Assembly: GCA_014905635.1 (NCBI GenBank)
Contig: JABVCE010000010.1
Coordinates: 806,001 to 870,000 of the forward strand
Direction: 5' to 3'
From: Scenedesmus sp. PABB004
Lineage: Eukaryota
Length of the DNA: 64,000 nucleotides
Part shown: positions 1 to 13,741 of the stretch, piece after piece
Numbering within the stretch: position 1 is the stretch's first letter
How the letters are laid out: each line of letters begins with the position of its first letter
The notes under the pieces: generated by a model
The model's input: only the letters and a program-made list of their open reading frames with translations
The model's database searches: none
Told to the model about the DNA's origin: nothing
Position numbers and translations under genes: made by a program

Positions 1-1927
1 CGCTGCCGCCGCAGACTGCGGCCGCCAGCATGCTCTGGCCGAGCTCCGGCTCGTCAACACTCTCGAGCGCGTCGGCCAGCACGCGCAGCGCCTTGGGCCG
101 GGCGAGGTGCGCCGCGCACTCCATGGCGGTACACAGGACATACGAGTCGGGCTGCAGCTCCGCCACCAGGCGCGCCAGCAGCTTGGGCTGCCCCGTGCGC
201 ACCGCCGCCTCGAGCACTTCGCCGCACACCCAGCCCACGGGCTCCTCCAGCTCCCGCCCGATGTGTGCGAGCTGCCAGAGCGGCGCGCTCGCACCGCCCA
301 GCGCGCCGTGGCCGCGGCGGCGCAGCGACACGGCCGTGCGGAGTAGCTCGGCGACCCCCTCGCTCTCGAGGGCGTCGGCGCACGGCAGGCCGGCGCACAG
401 CGCGCCCAGCACGGCACCGTCGCCGCGCAGCAGGGCCTCCTGCAGCAGTCCGAAGACGTCCTCCCCAGCCATCGTGCACACGAGCGGCAGCCGCAGCACC
501 GCTTTCAGGCAGGCGAGCACCGCCGCCGGCTGCCGACAGCGGGGGCCAGGCACGCACAGCCACGCCGCCGACAGCACCAGCGGGGTGAGATCGCAGGCCG
601 GCAGCTGCCGCACGCACGGCAGGCTCGTCAGCGCCTGCAGCGTGCCGTGGGCGTGGCCGTCCAGCGCGGCCGCCACGAGGGTGCTTGCTGCTGCCGCCGG
701 CAGCTGCGCCAGTGCCGGCGCCCGGACGCGCAGGCGGACAAGCACGGCTGCCAGCACCGAGTCGGCCGCAGACAGCACCGCCTCGCCGCGCAGGCCCCGG
801 CACGCGGCGAGGTGCGCGCGCAGCGCCGCCTCCGCGACCGCGCCCGCCTGCTCCGTGCTGAGCTGGCTGGCCGCGCAGTCGAGGAGAACATCGACGCCCC
901 GCCAGTCGCAGTCGCGCGCGGCCGCCTCGAGCAGCGCGGCGAGCGTGCTGGGCGGCAGCCCGGCAGCCGCCTCGGGCGGCCAGCGCCGCAGCGGATCGAC
1001 CAGCGCCCAGTGCTTGCGCACCGCCGCGGCCACCAGCACCTGCTCCAGCAGGGCGGCGCTGCGCGCCTCCTGCAGCGCCGGCAGCTGCTTGCGCAGCCGC
1101 TCGGCAAACGCGCGCGACAGCTGCCAGGCCGCGTCGCCTGGCGCGCGCTGCAGGCGCTGCAGCAGCGCCAGCGCCGCGTCGGGCTGCGCGCAGTTGGCCG
1201 CCAGGAGCAGCAGGTCGCCCAGCCGCGCCGGCGACACGTCCAGCAGCAGCGGGAGGTGCCTGCTCTCAACCTGCGGCGGGCGGACGCAGCAGCGCGCACG
1301 GCAGGTGAGCCCGCGCTGCCTGCGCTGCGTACGCTGCCTGGGACCACTCAGCAGACCCGCCCACACACCCAGCCCACCCACCAGCTCGAGCGTGCCGCAG
1401 GCGCAGGCCTCCTCCAGGGCGAGCGGGTCGTCGTCGTCGCCGCCGCCGCTGCCCTCGCCGCCGCCAACCTCCAGCCGCACGGCGCGGCGCTGCTGCAGCC
1501 AGACCTCCAGCCCCCTGACGCGCTCGCGTGCCGCGGCTGCCAGGTCCTCCGCGCGCAGCACCAGGCCGCCGCGCAGCAGCGCGGCCGCGGCAGCCGCGGG
1601 CGCGCCCGGCACGCGCAGCGCCGCTGCGGCGAGCGCCGGCGACGCCAGCGCGCGCGCCGGCGCCGCGCCGACCAGCCAGACGAAGGCTCCTGCCCACGCT
1701 GCTGCGTCGGGCGCGCCGGCGGCCGCCGCGGCGCTCGCGCTGGCCAGCGCCGCAGGCAGCAGCGCCGGCGCAGCGCCGCGCGCGCACGCGGCCGCGACGC
1801 GAGCCAGGGCGCGGCTGGTGCTCGCGAGGCGCGCCAGGGCGAGCGCGTCCAGGTCGAGCAGGCCCACCGCGGCCTCGCACGCCCGCAGCTGTCCGTCGCA
1901 GCAGCGGCGCCGCTGCCTCGCCGCCAT
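1..1927 (-). CDS. Uncharacterised Ala/Leu-rich helical-repeat protein with F-box-like N-terminus (3'-partial, runs off the window)
   Basis: ATG at 1927 gives MAARQRRRCCDGQLRACEAAVGLLDLDALALARLASTSRAL; probable GT-AG intron 1381-1271; then an open frame with coding-like codon use (VESRHLPLLLDVSPARLGDLLLLAAN...LLEAAARDCDWRGVDVLL) to position 1. The 30..3776 + ORF is its antisense shadow. Confidence 0.65.
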   Translation of the reverse strand, partial: MAARQRRRCCDGQLRACEAAVGLLDLDALALARLASTSRALARVAAACARGAAPALLPAALASASAAAAAGAPDAAAWAGAFVWLVGAAPARALASPALAAAALRVPGAPAAAAAALLRGGLVLRAEDLAAAARERVRGLEVWLQQRRAVRLEVGGGEGSGGGDDDDPLALEEACACGTLELVGGLGVWAGLLSGPRQRTQRRQRGLTCRARCCVRPPQVESRHLPLLLDVSPARLGDLLLLAANCAQPDAALALLQRLQRAPGDAAWQLSRAFAERLRKQLPALQEARSAALLEQVLVAAAVRKHWALVDPLRRWPPEAAAGLPPSTLAALLEAAARDCDWRGVDVLLDCAASQLSTEQAGAVAEAALRAHLAACRGLRGEAVLSAADSVLAAVLVRLRVRAPALAQLPAAAASTLVAAALDGHAHGTLQALTSLPCVRQLPACDLTPLVLSAAWLCVPGPRCRQPAAVLACLKAVLRLPLVCTMAGEDVFGLLQEALLRGDGAVLGALCAGLPCADALESEGVAELLRTAVSLRRRGHGALGGASAPLWQLAHIGRELEEPVGWVCGEVLEAAVRTGQPKLLARLVAELQPDSYVLCTAMECAAHLARPKALRVLADALESVDEPELGQSMLAAAVCGGS

Positions 1928-2114
1928 CGGAGCAGCCGCCGGCGGCCCAGAGCGCAGGGCGCCTGGCGGGGGCCACGCCTCGGCGTCGGGGCCGGCCGGG
2001 ACTGGCGGGCCGGGACTGGCGGGCCGGGGACTGGGCGGCGCGAGCGGGGGGCGCGCTAAAACCTTGTTCAACCGCGGCCGTTACGCGTCACGTCGCCGGT
2101 TTCGAAGCGCGCAC

Positions 2115-4202
2115 TCACTCGGCGGCGCCGTCGAGCTGCGCCACGTACAGGGCCAGCTGCGGCGCGCCGTGCGCGACCTCGGCGCGCAGCTGCGCCACGT
2201 CGCGCACGACCAGCGCGCCGCCCGCCTCGCTGCTCTCGCCGCCGCCGCCGCCGCCCGAGCCCCCGCCGCCGCTGCTGCTGGCGCCGCCGCGCGCCATGAG
2301 CTGCAGCGTGTGCTGGCTGCCGATGCCGTAGTCAGACAGCGGCCGGCCGTCCTCGAGCACGCGGCCGGCAAAGATGAGCACCTGCTGCGCTGGCGCGATG
2401 CCTGCGCGCGGCGCGCGGGGAGGCGCTCAGGGCGCGCGCCGGCGCGGGCCCCTGCGGGTGCGCGGCGCGCCGGGCAGGTGCGCCGCACGGCGCCGCGGCG
2501 CCGCGGCGCACCGGTGAGCTCCTCCACCCTCGTCTTCACCTGCAGCACGCTGCTGCGCGCCTGCACCTGCACCGCCAGCGGCTCGCCCTGCGGCGGGCGC
2601 ACGGCGAGGCTCCACCACGCGCCGCCCTCGGGCGCGGCCTCCGCGCCGGCGCCGTCGCGCGCGGCGGCGGTCGCCGCCGCCGCGGCCTCGAGCAGCTGCG
2701 CCGCGCCGCCGGCGAGGCCGCCGGGCGCCCACAGCCCGCCGCCCGCCGCGAGCGTGCGGCGGGGGTGCGCCGCCGCGAGCGACCAGCTGCCCGGCGGCCA
2801 CAGCGGCATCGCCGGCAGGCTGAACACCCAGGCCAGCACCTGGTCAAAGCCCTGGTCGCCGGCAAAGTGCCGCACCGCGCTGGAGCCGTCGGGCAGGCGC
2901 ACGCGCAGCGCGAGCCCGCCGTCGTCGCCGCCAACGCGCGGCGCCTCGGGCGCGCCCGACAGCGCGGCCTTGAGCGCGCGCAGCGCCTCGACCTCTGCGC
3001 GCGCGCCCGCGCGCGCCTGGTCGGCCGCGAGCGACGCGGCAAACTCGCTGTCCTGCTGCTCCCGCAGCTCGCGCTCCGCCGCCAGCGCGGCGACCGCCTC
3101 CGGGCTCGGCGCGCCGCCGTCCGGCGCCGGCGCCGCCGCGGCGCCGGCGCCGTGCTGCTGCAGCACCGAGCGCTCCCACGCGTCCCAGTGCGCCGCGCGC
3201 GCCGCGGCCTGCTCCGCGGCCTCCCGCTCACGCTGCTCGCGCGCGGCAGCCAGCGGGGCGGCGGCCGCGGCAGCCTGCGAGAGAGGCGGGCGGGCGGGCG
3301 GCGGGCGGGCGGCGGGCGGGCGGGGGCGGGCGGGCGGGCGGGCGGGCGGGCGGGCGGGCGGGCGGGCGGGCGGGCGGGCCGCGTCAGCGGCGCTCGCTCG
3401 CGCCGGCACGCGAGCGCAGGCGCGCACTTGCACGTGCGCGGCGCGCCTCGCCGGACACGCACGCACCCGCCGCGCCTGCGCCGCTGCGGCCGCGCGCTGC
3501 GCCTCCTTGGCCGCCGCCGCCTTGGCCTCGTGCTCGCGCTGCAGCGCCTCCACCGCCGCGTGGCGCCGCTCGTCCATGCCCGCCTCGCCTGCGCGCCGCT
3601 CCTCCCGCGCCGCGGCCGCGCGCTCGTCGCGCTCGCGCGCCTGCGCCTGTGCGGCGGCCGCCGCCGCGCCACCGCCGCCGGCCGCGCCCTCCGCAGCGGC
3701 GCCGGCGGCGCTGCTGCGCCGCCGCGCCTCGTCGGGCAGCGGCGCCAGCGGCGGCGGCGCCACCGCGGGGCGGTAGCGGGCGCGTCGCACCGCCGCCGAG
3801 ACCGCCACGCCCATCTCGCACAGCCAGGCGAGGACGGCGACGGCAAAGAACGCCCGGCCTGCGTCGGCGGACCGCGGCGCGCGGCGTCGGCGGCGCCGCC
3901 GCCGGCGCTCGCACGCACTCGCTGCGCGTGCGCGGCGCCGCTGGCGCTGCTGCTCGGCGCACCCGTCCAGATCACAAACGGCTCGCGCGTGCGCACGAGG
4001 CCCAGGAACTCCAGCTCGATCAGCACCTGCGGCGTCGGCGTGAGCGCGGGCGGGGCCGGGCGCGGCGGCGGCGCCGCCACTGGCCCGCACGCGCCTGCAG
4101 CGGGTGCTTGAGCGGCGAGCGGTCCATCCACTTGTAGTACGCCGCCAGAGCGGCCGCCCCCACCGCGCCAGCGATGGCGGTGCGGCCCAGGGAGGAGTCC
4201 AT
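2115..4202 (-). CDS. Membrane-anchored UBX-domain protein with a C-terminal ubiquitin-like domain
   Basis: 5 exons. [25 protein letters not shown] and [15 protein letters not shown] (hydrophobic); coiled coil [21 protein letters not shown]-like [87 protein letters not shown] 2117-2115. Confidence 0.8.
3285..3379. repeat. (GGGC)n tetranucleotide microsatellite, intronic
   Basis: Run of ggcgggcgggcg... in intron 3 of the UBX gene. Confidence 0.9.
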
Positions 4203-4520
4203 GGTGCGCCGCCGCGGCGAGCAGCGCCGCTGCTCGCTCCGCCGCTCCCTGCCCCGCGCGGCGCGCGCCGGGTGCTGCGTGCCACGCGAACGCGCCGATC
4301 ACGCGCTTGGGAGTGCGACGCGCCAGGCACGCGGACGGACAACGGGCCGCTGGCTGTGCGGGCGGTCGTGGGCGGGCGAGCAGCAGATGCGCGAGGCCCT
4401 GCCGCCCCTCGCGCTGCTCGCGATCGCGCGCCCGCGGCTCGTGCGGCTGCGCCTGCCGCGCCCTGGCGTGTGGGCGAGGGGAGAGCGGCGGCGGCTGCTG
4501 GTCGGCGCAGCAGCGGCACG

Positions 4521-4525
4521 TTACA
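4521..4525 (-). terminator. TGTAA polyadenylation signal of RPT3
   Basis: ttaca on + strand, 12 nt past the RPT3 stop; UGUAA is the known chlorophyte poly(A) element. Confidence 0.7.
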
Positions 4526-4537
4526 CGCCGGCGCGCG

Positions 4538-7646
<3,109 letters not shown>

Positions 7647-8330
7647 GCCGGCGGCGCTGTCGGGCGGCCGCGGGGCGAGCGCGGGCGCTGGCGGGCGAGC
7701 AGGCAAGGGCGAGAGGGAGGGCGCCTCGCGCGCGCTGGCTGCCTGTGCGGCGCTGCGCTGTCCCGGGGGCGTCGGGGGCGGGGGCGTGTCGCTCGGTCTC
7801 TCAGTGGCGCGGCGGGGGCCGGGACGGCGGCGTTCGGCGGCACGAGGCGATGACATGAGGCGCGCCATCAGGTTCAGCAGCCCGCGCCCTGCGCCATGGT
7901 TGCATGAATCGCCGGCGAGCCGGTGTCAGGGGCGCCGCAGCCCTCGCCCCGACCTCGCCGCACGCACGCCGCGTTCGCCGCCGCGCGCCGCCGCCGCCGC
8001 TGCTCACGCTGCCGCCCGGCGCCGCGCGCAGCCAGCGCCCCCGCGGCTCGTGCCCCGGCAGCGGCCGGAAGCCGCCCAGCGCCGCGCGGCCCACGCGCCG
8101 CACCCGCCGGCGACCGCCGCGCAGCGCGCAGCGGCAGGCGGCAGCGGGCGGGCGCTGCTGCCGCGCCGCGGCGGCGCGCGGGCCGCGCAGCGGGCAGGCG
8201 CGCAGCGCGGTCGTGCGGCGCGGGCGCGAGCGCCAGGCCCCACCCGGCGGACGGCCCGGCGGCCGCCGGCAGCCGCCGCGGGTGGGCGCTCGCCCGGAGC
8301 GGCTGCGCCGGCGGCGCCCGGCGCGGCGCC

Positions 8331-10073
8331 ATGGGCAAGTATGCCCAGCTGGTCATCGGCCCCGCCGGCAGCGGCAAGGTGCGGCGGCGGGGCTCGCGCG
8401 CGCGCGGGGCGCCGCAGCCGGCAGCCGCGCGCACGACGGCCCCGCGCCGCGCTGCGCCGCGCCGCCGCACCCTGCCGCCGCCGCGGGCAGTCGACGTACG
8501 TGGAGCACCTGCACCAGCACTGCCAGGCCGTGGCGCGCAGCATGCACTGCGTCAACCTGGGTGCGCCGCGCCCGCGCCGCGCCCGCGCCGGCGTCCGGCC
8601 GGCCGCATCCGCCGCCGCCGCCGCGCTCCCGCGCCGCGCGCGCCCGCGCCGCGCCGCGCCCGCGCACGCCCACCCGCGCCCGCCGCCGCGCCGGGCGCCA
8701 GACCCCGCTGCCGAGGCGTTCAACTACCCCGTGTCGGTCGACATCCGGGACCTCATCTCGCTCGACGACGCGATGACGGAGCTGCAGCTCGGCCCCAACG
8801 GGTGGGCGGGGCCCGCGCGCGCGGCCTCGCCCCCGCCGCGCCGCACTGGGCCTGTCACGCAGCGCGCGCGCGTATGCGCTCACGCCTCCGCCGCGCCGCG
8901 CGCTCGCGCCGCGCCGCGTTGCCGGCCAGGGGGCTGCTGTACTGCATGGAGTACCTGGAGGACCACCTCGACGCGTGGCTGGGCGAGGAGCTGGGGCCAT
9001 ACGGCGACGAGGACTACCTGGTCTTTGACTGCCCCGGCCAGGCGCGCGCGTGTGTGGGTGTGGGCGTGTGTGTGCGTGTGTGTGTGTGTGGGGGGGGGGG
9101 GAGGGGGGCGGGGTCGGCTGGGTTGGACGCGGGCGCGCGGGCGCGCCCCGCCGCGCCCTGCCCCGCCCTGCCCCGCGCCGCCGCCGCGCCCACGCTGCCT
9201 GCCTGCCCGCCTGCCCGCCTGCCCGCCCGCCCGCCCGCCCGCCCGCGCGGCGCCAGATTGAGCTGTACAGCCACGTCGGCGCGGTGCGCTCCCTCGTCGA
9301 CTGGCTGCGCGCCGACGGCTGGGCGGTCGCGGCGGTGTTCTGCATGGACGTCGCGTTTGTGGCGGAGCCGACCAAGTACATCGCCGGCGCGATGCAGGCG
9401 CGCGCCGCGCCGCGCGCCGCGCCGCCGCCCGCGCCCGCGCCCACGCCCGTGCTGCGCCGCCGCCCGCGCCCGCCGCGCCGCTCGACCTGCGCCCGCCCCC
9501 ACACACGCCCCCACCACCCAAAAAAACACCCGCCCGCACCCACCCACCCACCCGGCGCAGGCGCTCGCGGCGATGGTGAAGCTGGAGGTGCCGCACATCA
9601 ACCTGCTGACCAAGATGGACCTCGCCGAGGACAGGGCGGGGATTGAGGAGTTCCTCATACCAGACCCGCAGCACCTGCTCGACAGGCGCGGCGCGGGAGG
9701 CCCGCGCGGGGCGACGCGCGCGGGCGGCGTGCGGGGGAAGGGCCGGGCCGGCGGGGGGAGGGCGGGCCGGCGGCGGCGCGGCGCGGCGGGGGCGCCGGCC
9801 GACGGCGCCGCGCCCGCCGCCGCCGCGCCGCGCGCCCGCCGCAGCCTCTCGGCGTCGACGGGGCCGCGCTTCCGCCGGCTGAACGCCGCCGTCGCGGCGC
9901 TGCTGGACGAGTACAGCCTGGTGAGCTTTGTGCCGCTGGACGTCACCGACGAGGACAGCATCGGCGACGTGCTGCTGCAGATCGACATGGCGCTGCAGTT
10001 TGGCGAGGACGCGGACGTCAAAATCCGGGAGACCGAGCCGCCCGACGACGACGGCGGCGGCGGGGAGGGCTGA
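8331..10073 (+). CDS. GPN3: GPN-loop GTPase 3
   Basis: 7 exons: [19 protein letters not shown]...VNL|DPAAEAF...[14 protein letters not shown]...FDCPGQ|IELYSH...|[20 protein letters not shown]...[12 protein letters not shown] motif and GPN3-type C-terminus. Confidence 0.93.
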   Translation: MGKYAQLVIGPAGSGKVRRRGSRARGAPQPAAARTTAPRRAAPRRRTLPPPRAVDVRGAPAPALPGRGAQHALRQPGCAAPAPRPRRRPAGRIRRRRRAPAPRAPAPRRARARPPAPAAAPGARPRCRGVQLPRVGRHPGPHLARRRDDGAAARPQRVGGARARGLAPAAPHWACHAARARMRSRLRRAARSRRAALPARGLLYCMEYLEDHLDAWLGEELGPYGDEDYLVFDCPGQARACVGVGVCVRVCVCGGGGRGAGSAGLDAGARARPAAPCPALPRAAAAPTLPACPPARLPARPPARPRGARLSCTATSARCAPSSTGCAPTAGRSRRCSAWTSRLWRSRPSTSPARCRRAPRRAPRRRPRPRPRPCCAAARARRAARPAPAPTHAPTTQKNTRPHPPTHPAQALAAMVKLEVPHINLLTKMDLAEDRAGIEEFLIPDPQHLLDRRGAGGPRGATRAGGVRGKGRAGGGRAGRRRRGAAGAPADGAAPAAAAPRARRSLSASTGPRFRRLNAAVAALLDEYSLVSFVPLDVTDEDSIGDVLLQIDMALQFGEDADVKIRETEPPDDDGGGGEG

Positions 10074-10581
10074 GCGCGCGGGCGCTGCGCTGCGCAAGTT
10101 GCGTTGCGCTGCGCAACGCGCCGCGGGTGACCGACCGCCGCGCGTACCGTGCGGGGCCGCGCCGTCGGCCCGCCAGCGCGCGCCGGCTGTGCCGCGAGTC
10201 CCGGAAACCACGCTGGCCGGCGAGGCCAAGGCTCACGGGGGGCGGGGACCGCCCAGGCTGCCGGCGCGCTGCCTGCGCACCGCCCTGTCCGCGGCCGGAG
10301 TTTCGCCGCCGCACCCTGGGGCGGCCCGCGCACGCCGCAGCGACCGCACCCGGCACCGCCCCCCGCGACCGCACGCGCGCGCGCTGGCCGACGACGCGCG
10401 CCTCAGGGAGCTGGGACCGCCCGTCCGCTCGCCTCCCCGCTGACCGCGCAAATCACCGACGCCGCAGCGCGCACGAGCTGCGCCCGGTCGAGAGCTGGGC
10501 TTCATAAGCTCCCCGACCAGGCGCCGGCGCGACCGCAGGCCCCGCTCGGCTGCGCGAACGCAGCACGTCCGAGGGGCCAGC

Positions 10582-12544
10582 ATGGAGGGCGCGGAGGGCC
10601 CGCCGCCGGTACGCTCGCGCTTCCGCGGGCTGAGCTGGGACAAGAAGCACCAGGGCTGGCGCGTCCGCATCTACTTCGCCGGCCGGCAGCGGCACGTTGG
10701 TGCGCCCGCGCGGCGCGGGGGCGGCCCGGCAGCGCCGAGCGGCGCCATGGAGCCTTCATCGGCGGCCTGGCAGTCCGTGGCCGCGCCGCGGGGCCGCTGC
10801 GCTACCGCCGGGCCGAGCGATGGAGCAGTCGTGGTCGCCGGCCCGCGGCCCGGACGCCCCGCGCCCCCCGGCGCTGGCGCTGTGGGGGTGGGGGAGGCAG
10901 CGCGGGGTCGCCGCGCGCGCCGCTGGCGCGAGCCGGGCGCGCGGCGTCAACAAGTGACCCCGCCCCGCACGCACCCGGTGACGCAGGTCGGTTCGAGGAC
11001 GAGCTGGTGGCCGCGCGCGCCTACGACAAGGCCGCGGTCTACCTCTACGGCGGCTGTGCAATCACAAACTTCGGCCTGGAGGCCGTGCAGGCCGACCCGA
11101 GCGAGGTCAGCAGCGGCCGCGCGGACAGCGCCTGCCTGGCGCGCCCGCGCGCAGGCAGCCCTCACCGCCGCGGCCGGGCGGCTCCGGGCGGCCGCCGCTT
11201 GCCACGGGCGCCGGCAGCGGGGCGTCGGCGCAGCGGGCGCGGCGGTCGCCGCGCTGCAGCGGGACGCCCGCCGACGCGCCCGCCGCCGCCCGTCCGCCGC
11301 GCCCGCCGCCGCCCGTCCGCCGCGCGCAGGTCAGCGCCTTCATCATGCTGGCCAAGGAGCAGGCCGACCAGGAGAAGGCGGTGCGGGCGGGCCAGCGCGG
11401 CCCGGCACTGGACCACCTGGGCGGCGGGCTCGCGCTGCAGCACTCGCAGCACGTCATGATGATGCAGCACCAGCACCAGCAGCAGCAGCACGGCCTGGTC
11501 ATGGGCGTGCACCAGCAGCCCGCGTACACGCTGCCCGCGGCGCCCCTGCCCGAGTGGGCGGCGGTGCCGCCCCCGGGCGCGCAGGTGCTGAGCTGCCCCT
11601 CGCCGGTGGCGGCGGGGCTGCAGCCATATGGCGTGCCCATGCAGCCGCTGCAGCAGCCGCTGCAGCAGCCAGCGCAGCAGCCGGTGCAGCAGCAGCAGCA
11701 GCTGGTCTGGGCGGGTGGCCAGCAGTACGTGCTGGTCCCCGCGCCCGCCCCGCTCGACGCGCCCAGCGGCGGCGTCGCCCCGGCGAGCCTGACCAGCAGC
11801 GCGGCGAGCCTCGCCAGGAGCAGCAGCAACGCGAGCAGCGGCTTTGTGCTGTGCGGGCCTGGCCCCAGCGCCGCGCAGGCGGCGCAGGCGGCGCAGTTTA
11901 GCACGATGGGCATGTTTGCCAGCCAGCCCGTGGCCGCGCAGTCGCACCACCTGCTCAGCAGCCAGCCCATGGCCGTGCAGCCGCAGCACCTGCTCAGCAG
12001 CCAGCCCATGGCCGCGCAGCCGCAGCACCTGCTCAGGAGCCCGCAGGCGCTGCAGCAGCTGCAGCAGGGCCTGGGCGGTCTCGCCCTCGTGGCGGCACCC
12101 TGCAGCACGCCGGGCGGCGCCGCCGCCGAGCGCGGCGCCGCCTGCCTGCCGCTGCCCGCGGAGCTGGCGGCCACGCCGCCGCAGGACAGCCCGGCCCGCG
12201 GCGGCGGCGGCGGCGAAGGCGGGGCGTATGGCGGCGGCGCGGCTGCCCCGCTGCACGGCCTGCCCGGCTATGCGGCGGCCGCCGCGCGCCGCGCCATCAG
12301 CCCCGTGGTCGGGCACGCCGGCCAGGTGGCCAACCGCGCCAGGGGCGGCGGCCCGGCCGAGTGCGGGGGCGCTGCCTGCGCGCCGCCGTCCGGCTGGCAC
12401 AACATGCTAATTGAGGCGGCCGCCGGCGGCGCAGTGCTGGGGAGCGGCCTGGGCGGCCTCGTGCTCTCCTGCAGCCCCACGCTCAGCAGCGGCAGCGGCG
12501 CCAGCGCGCACAGCCTCAACGGCCGCTGCGCCGCGCTCTGGTGA
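10582..12544 (+). CDS. AP2/ERF-domain transcription factor with Gln-rich C-terminus
   Basis: SRFRGLSWDKKHQGWRVRIYFAGRQRHV|GRFEDELVAARAYDKAAVYLYGGCAITNF; introns 10700-10986 and 11106-11329; last exon Q/P/A-rich. Confidence 0.88.
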
Positions 12545-13741
12545 CGCGCGCGGCCGCGGCGTGCCTCGCCTGGCTGCGAGCAAACGCCCGTGCGTGTGTG
12601 AGCTGCACGCGCGAGGCGTCATGGTGTGCGGTCCCGTCGGCGCGGCTACAAGCGGCGCGCACGTGGGGCGTAAGCTCAAGAAGGAGAGTGAGTGACTGAC
12701 GCACTGCCACATGGACGCGCCCCCGTGGATACGCTCACGGGTGGCGCGACAGACCGAGACGGATCGTCACACATGCATCGCGGACGGAGCGCGGCGGCCT
12801 TCCGCGGCCCCGTCCGCGCCCCTGGCGCTGCGGCCTGATCGCCGCCGCCAGCTGGCACTGACCTACCCATCACCCATTTGTGCGCGCCCGGCGCGCCGGG
12901 TCCGCCGCGTGGCCCCGAGGGCGCGTGGCGGCGCGCCCGCACAGCTGCTGCCCATCGGGCGCCCTGCCTCTTGGTTGAGAGGGGGGGTCCCCGACCCGAG
13001 GCCGCGCTGGGCCCAGCCCCCTGAGCGGCTGGCTGACAAGCACTGCGCGCATGCACCGCCACTACCGCTCCCGCACGCTGCGCGGGTCGCTCCCGCCGTT
13101 GGCAGCTGTGACTGCTTGATTCTTGCCCATACGACACTGCATTGTGACGTCGTAGGCAGGCAGGCAGGGCACAACAAACGAACAGCAGAATTCAAGCACA
13201 CGACCGGGGAGTTGCGGCGGGAGGGCGGCCCTCCTGGGGCCCCATGCGCACTCCCCGATGGGGGCGCGCGCGCGCGGTTGTGGCGTGCGCGGCGCCCCCC
13301 GTGTGTGGGCAAGCGGGGGCCGCGCACCCAGATGGACCTGGCGGCGCGTTGGTCCGGCATTCGTCAGCCTTTCCCCCCAGCGCGCCCCCTGGGTTCGCTA
13401 TATGTGATCGGTGGGTGTGACGGGCGTGGGGCGGCGTCTTGTCTGCCACCACCAAGGGCGAGGCAAGCGTGCAGGGCGGTGTGTTTATTGATTCCTAGCG
13501 TGCTGGCCTGGTCAGCCGCCCGCTGACGGGAGCTGGGCATGCGCCCGCCGACCGGGGCTGGCTCGTGCGACGGCGGTGCACCGCATTCCTCAATGGACCC
13601 GTTAGTCGCGTGTGTGGGTCCCCTTCCCTTATCGAGCCGCGTCAATGCGCATGGGGCAAGGCACCGCTGTGCGGGTCTCGCGGGCGGCGGAACCCATTGA
13701 CAAATTGCAAAATCGTAACGTAACACGTCTGCGCCGACGCG

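Noticed and set aside
30..3776. 1248-aa + strand ORF and the many other long R/A/P/G-rich ORFs
   Set aside because: Antisense or off-frame shadows of real genes; stop codons are rare at this GC content.
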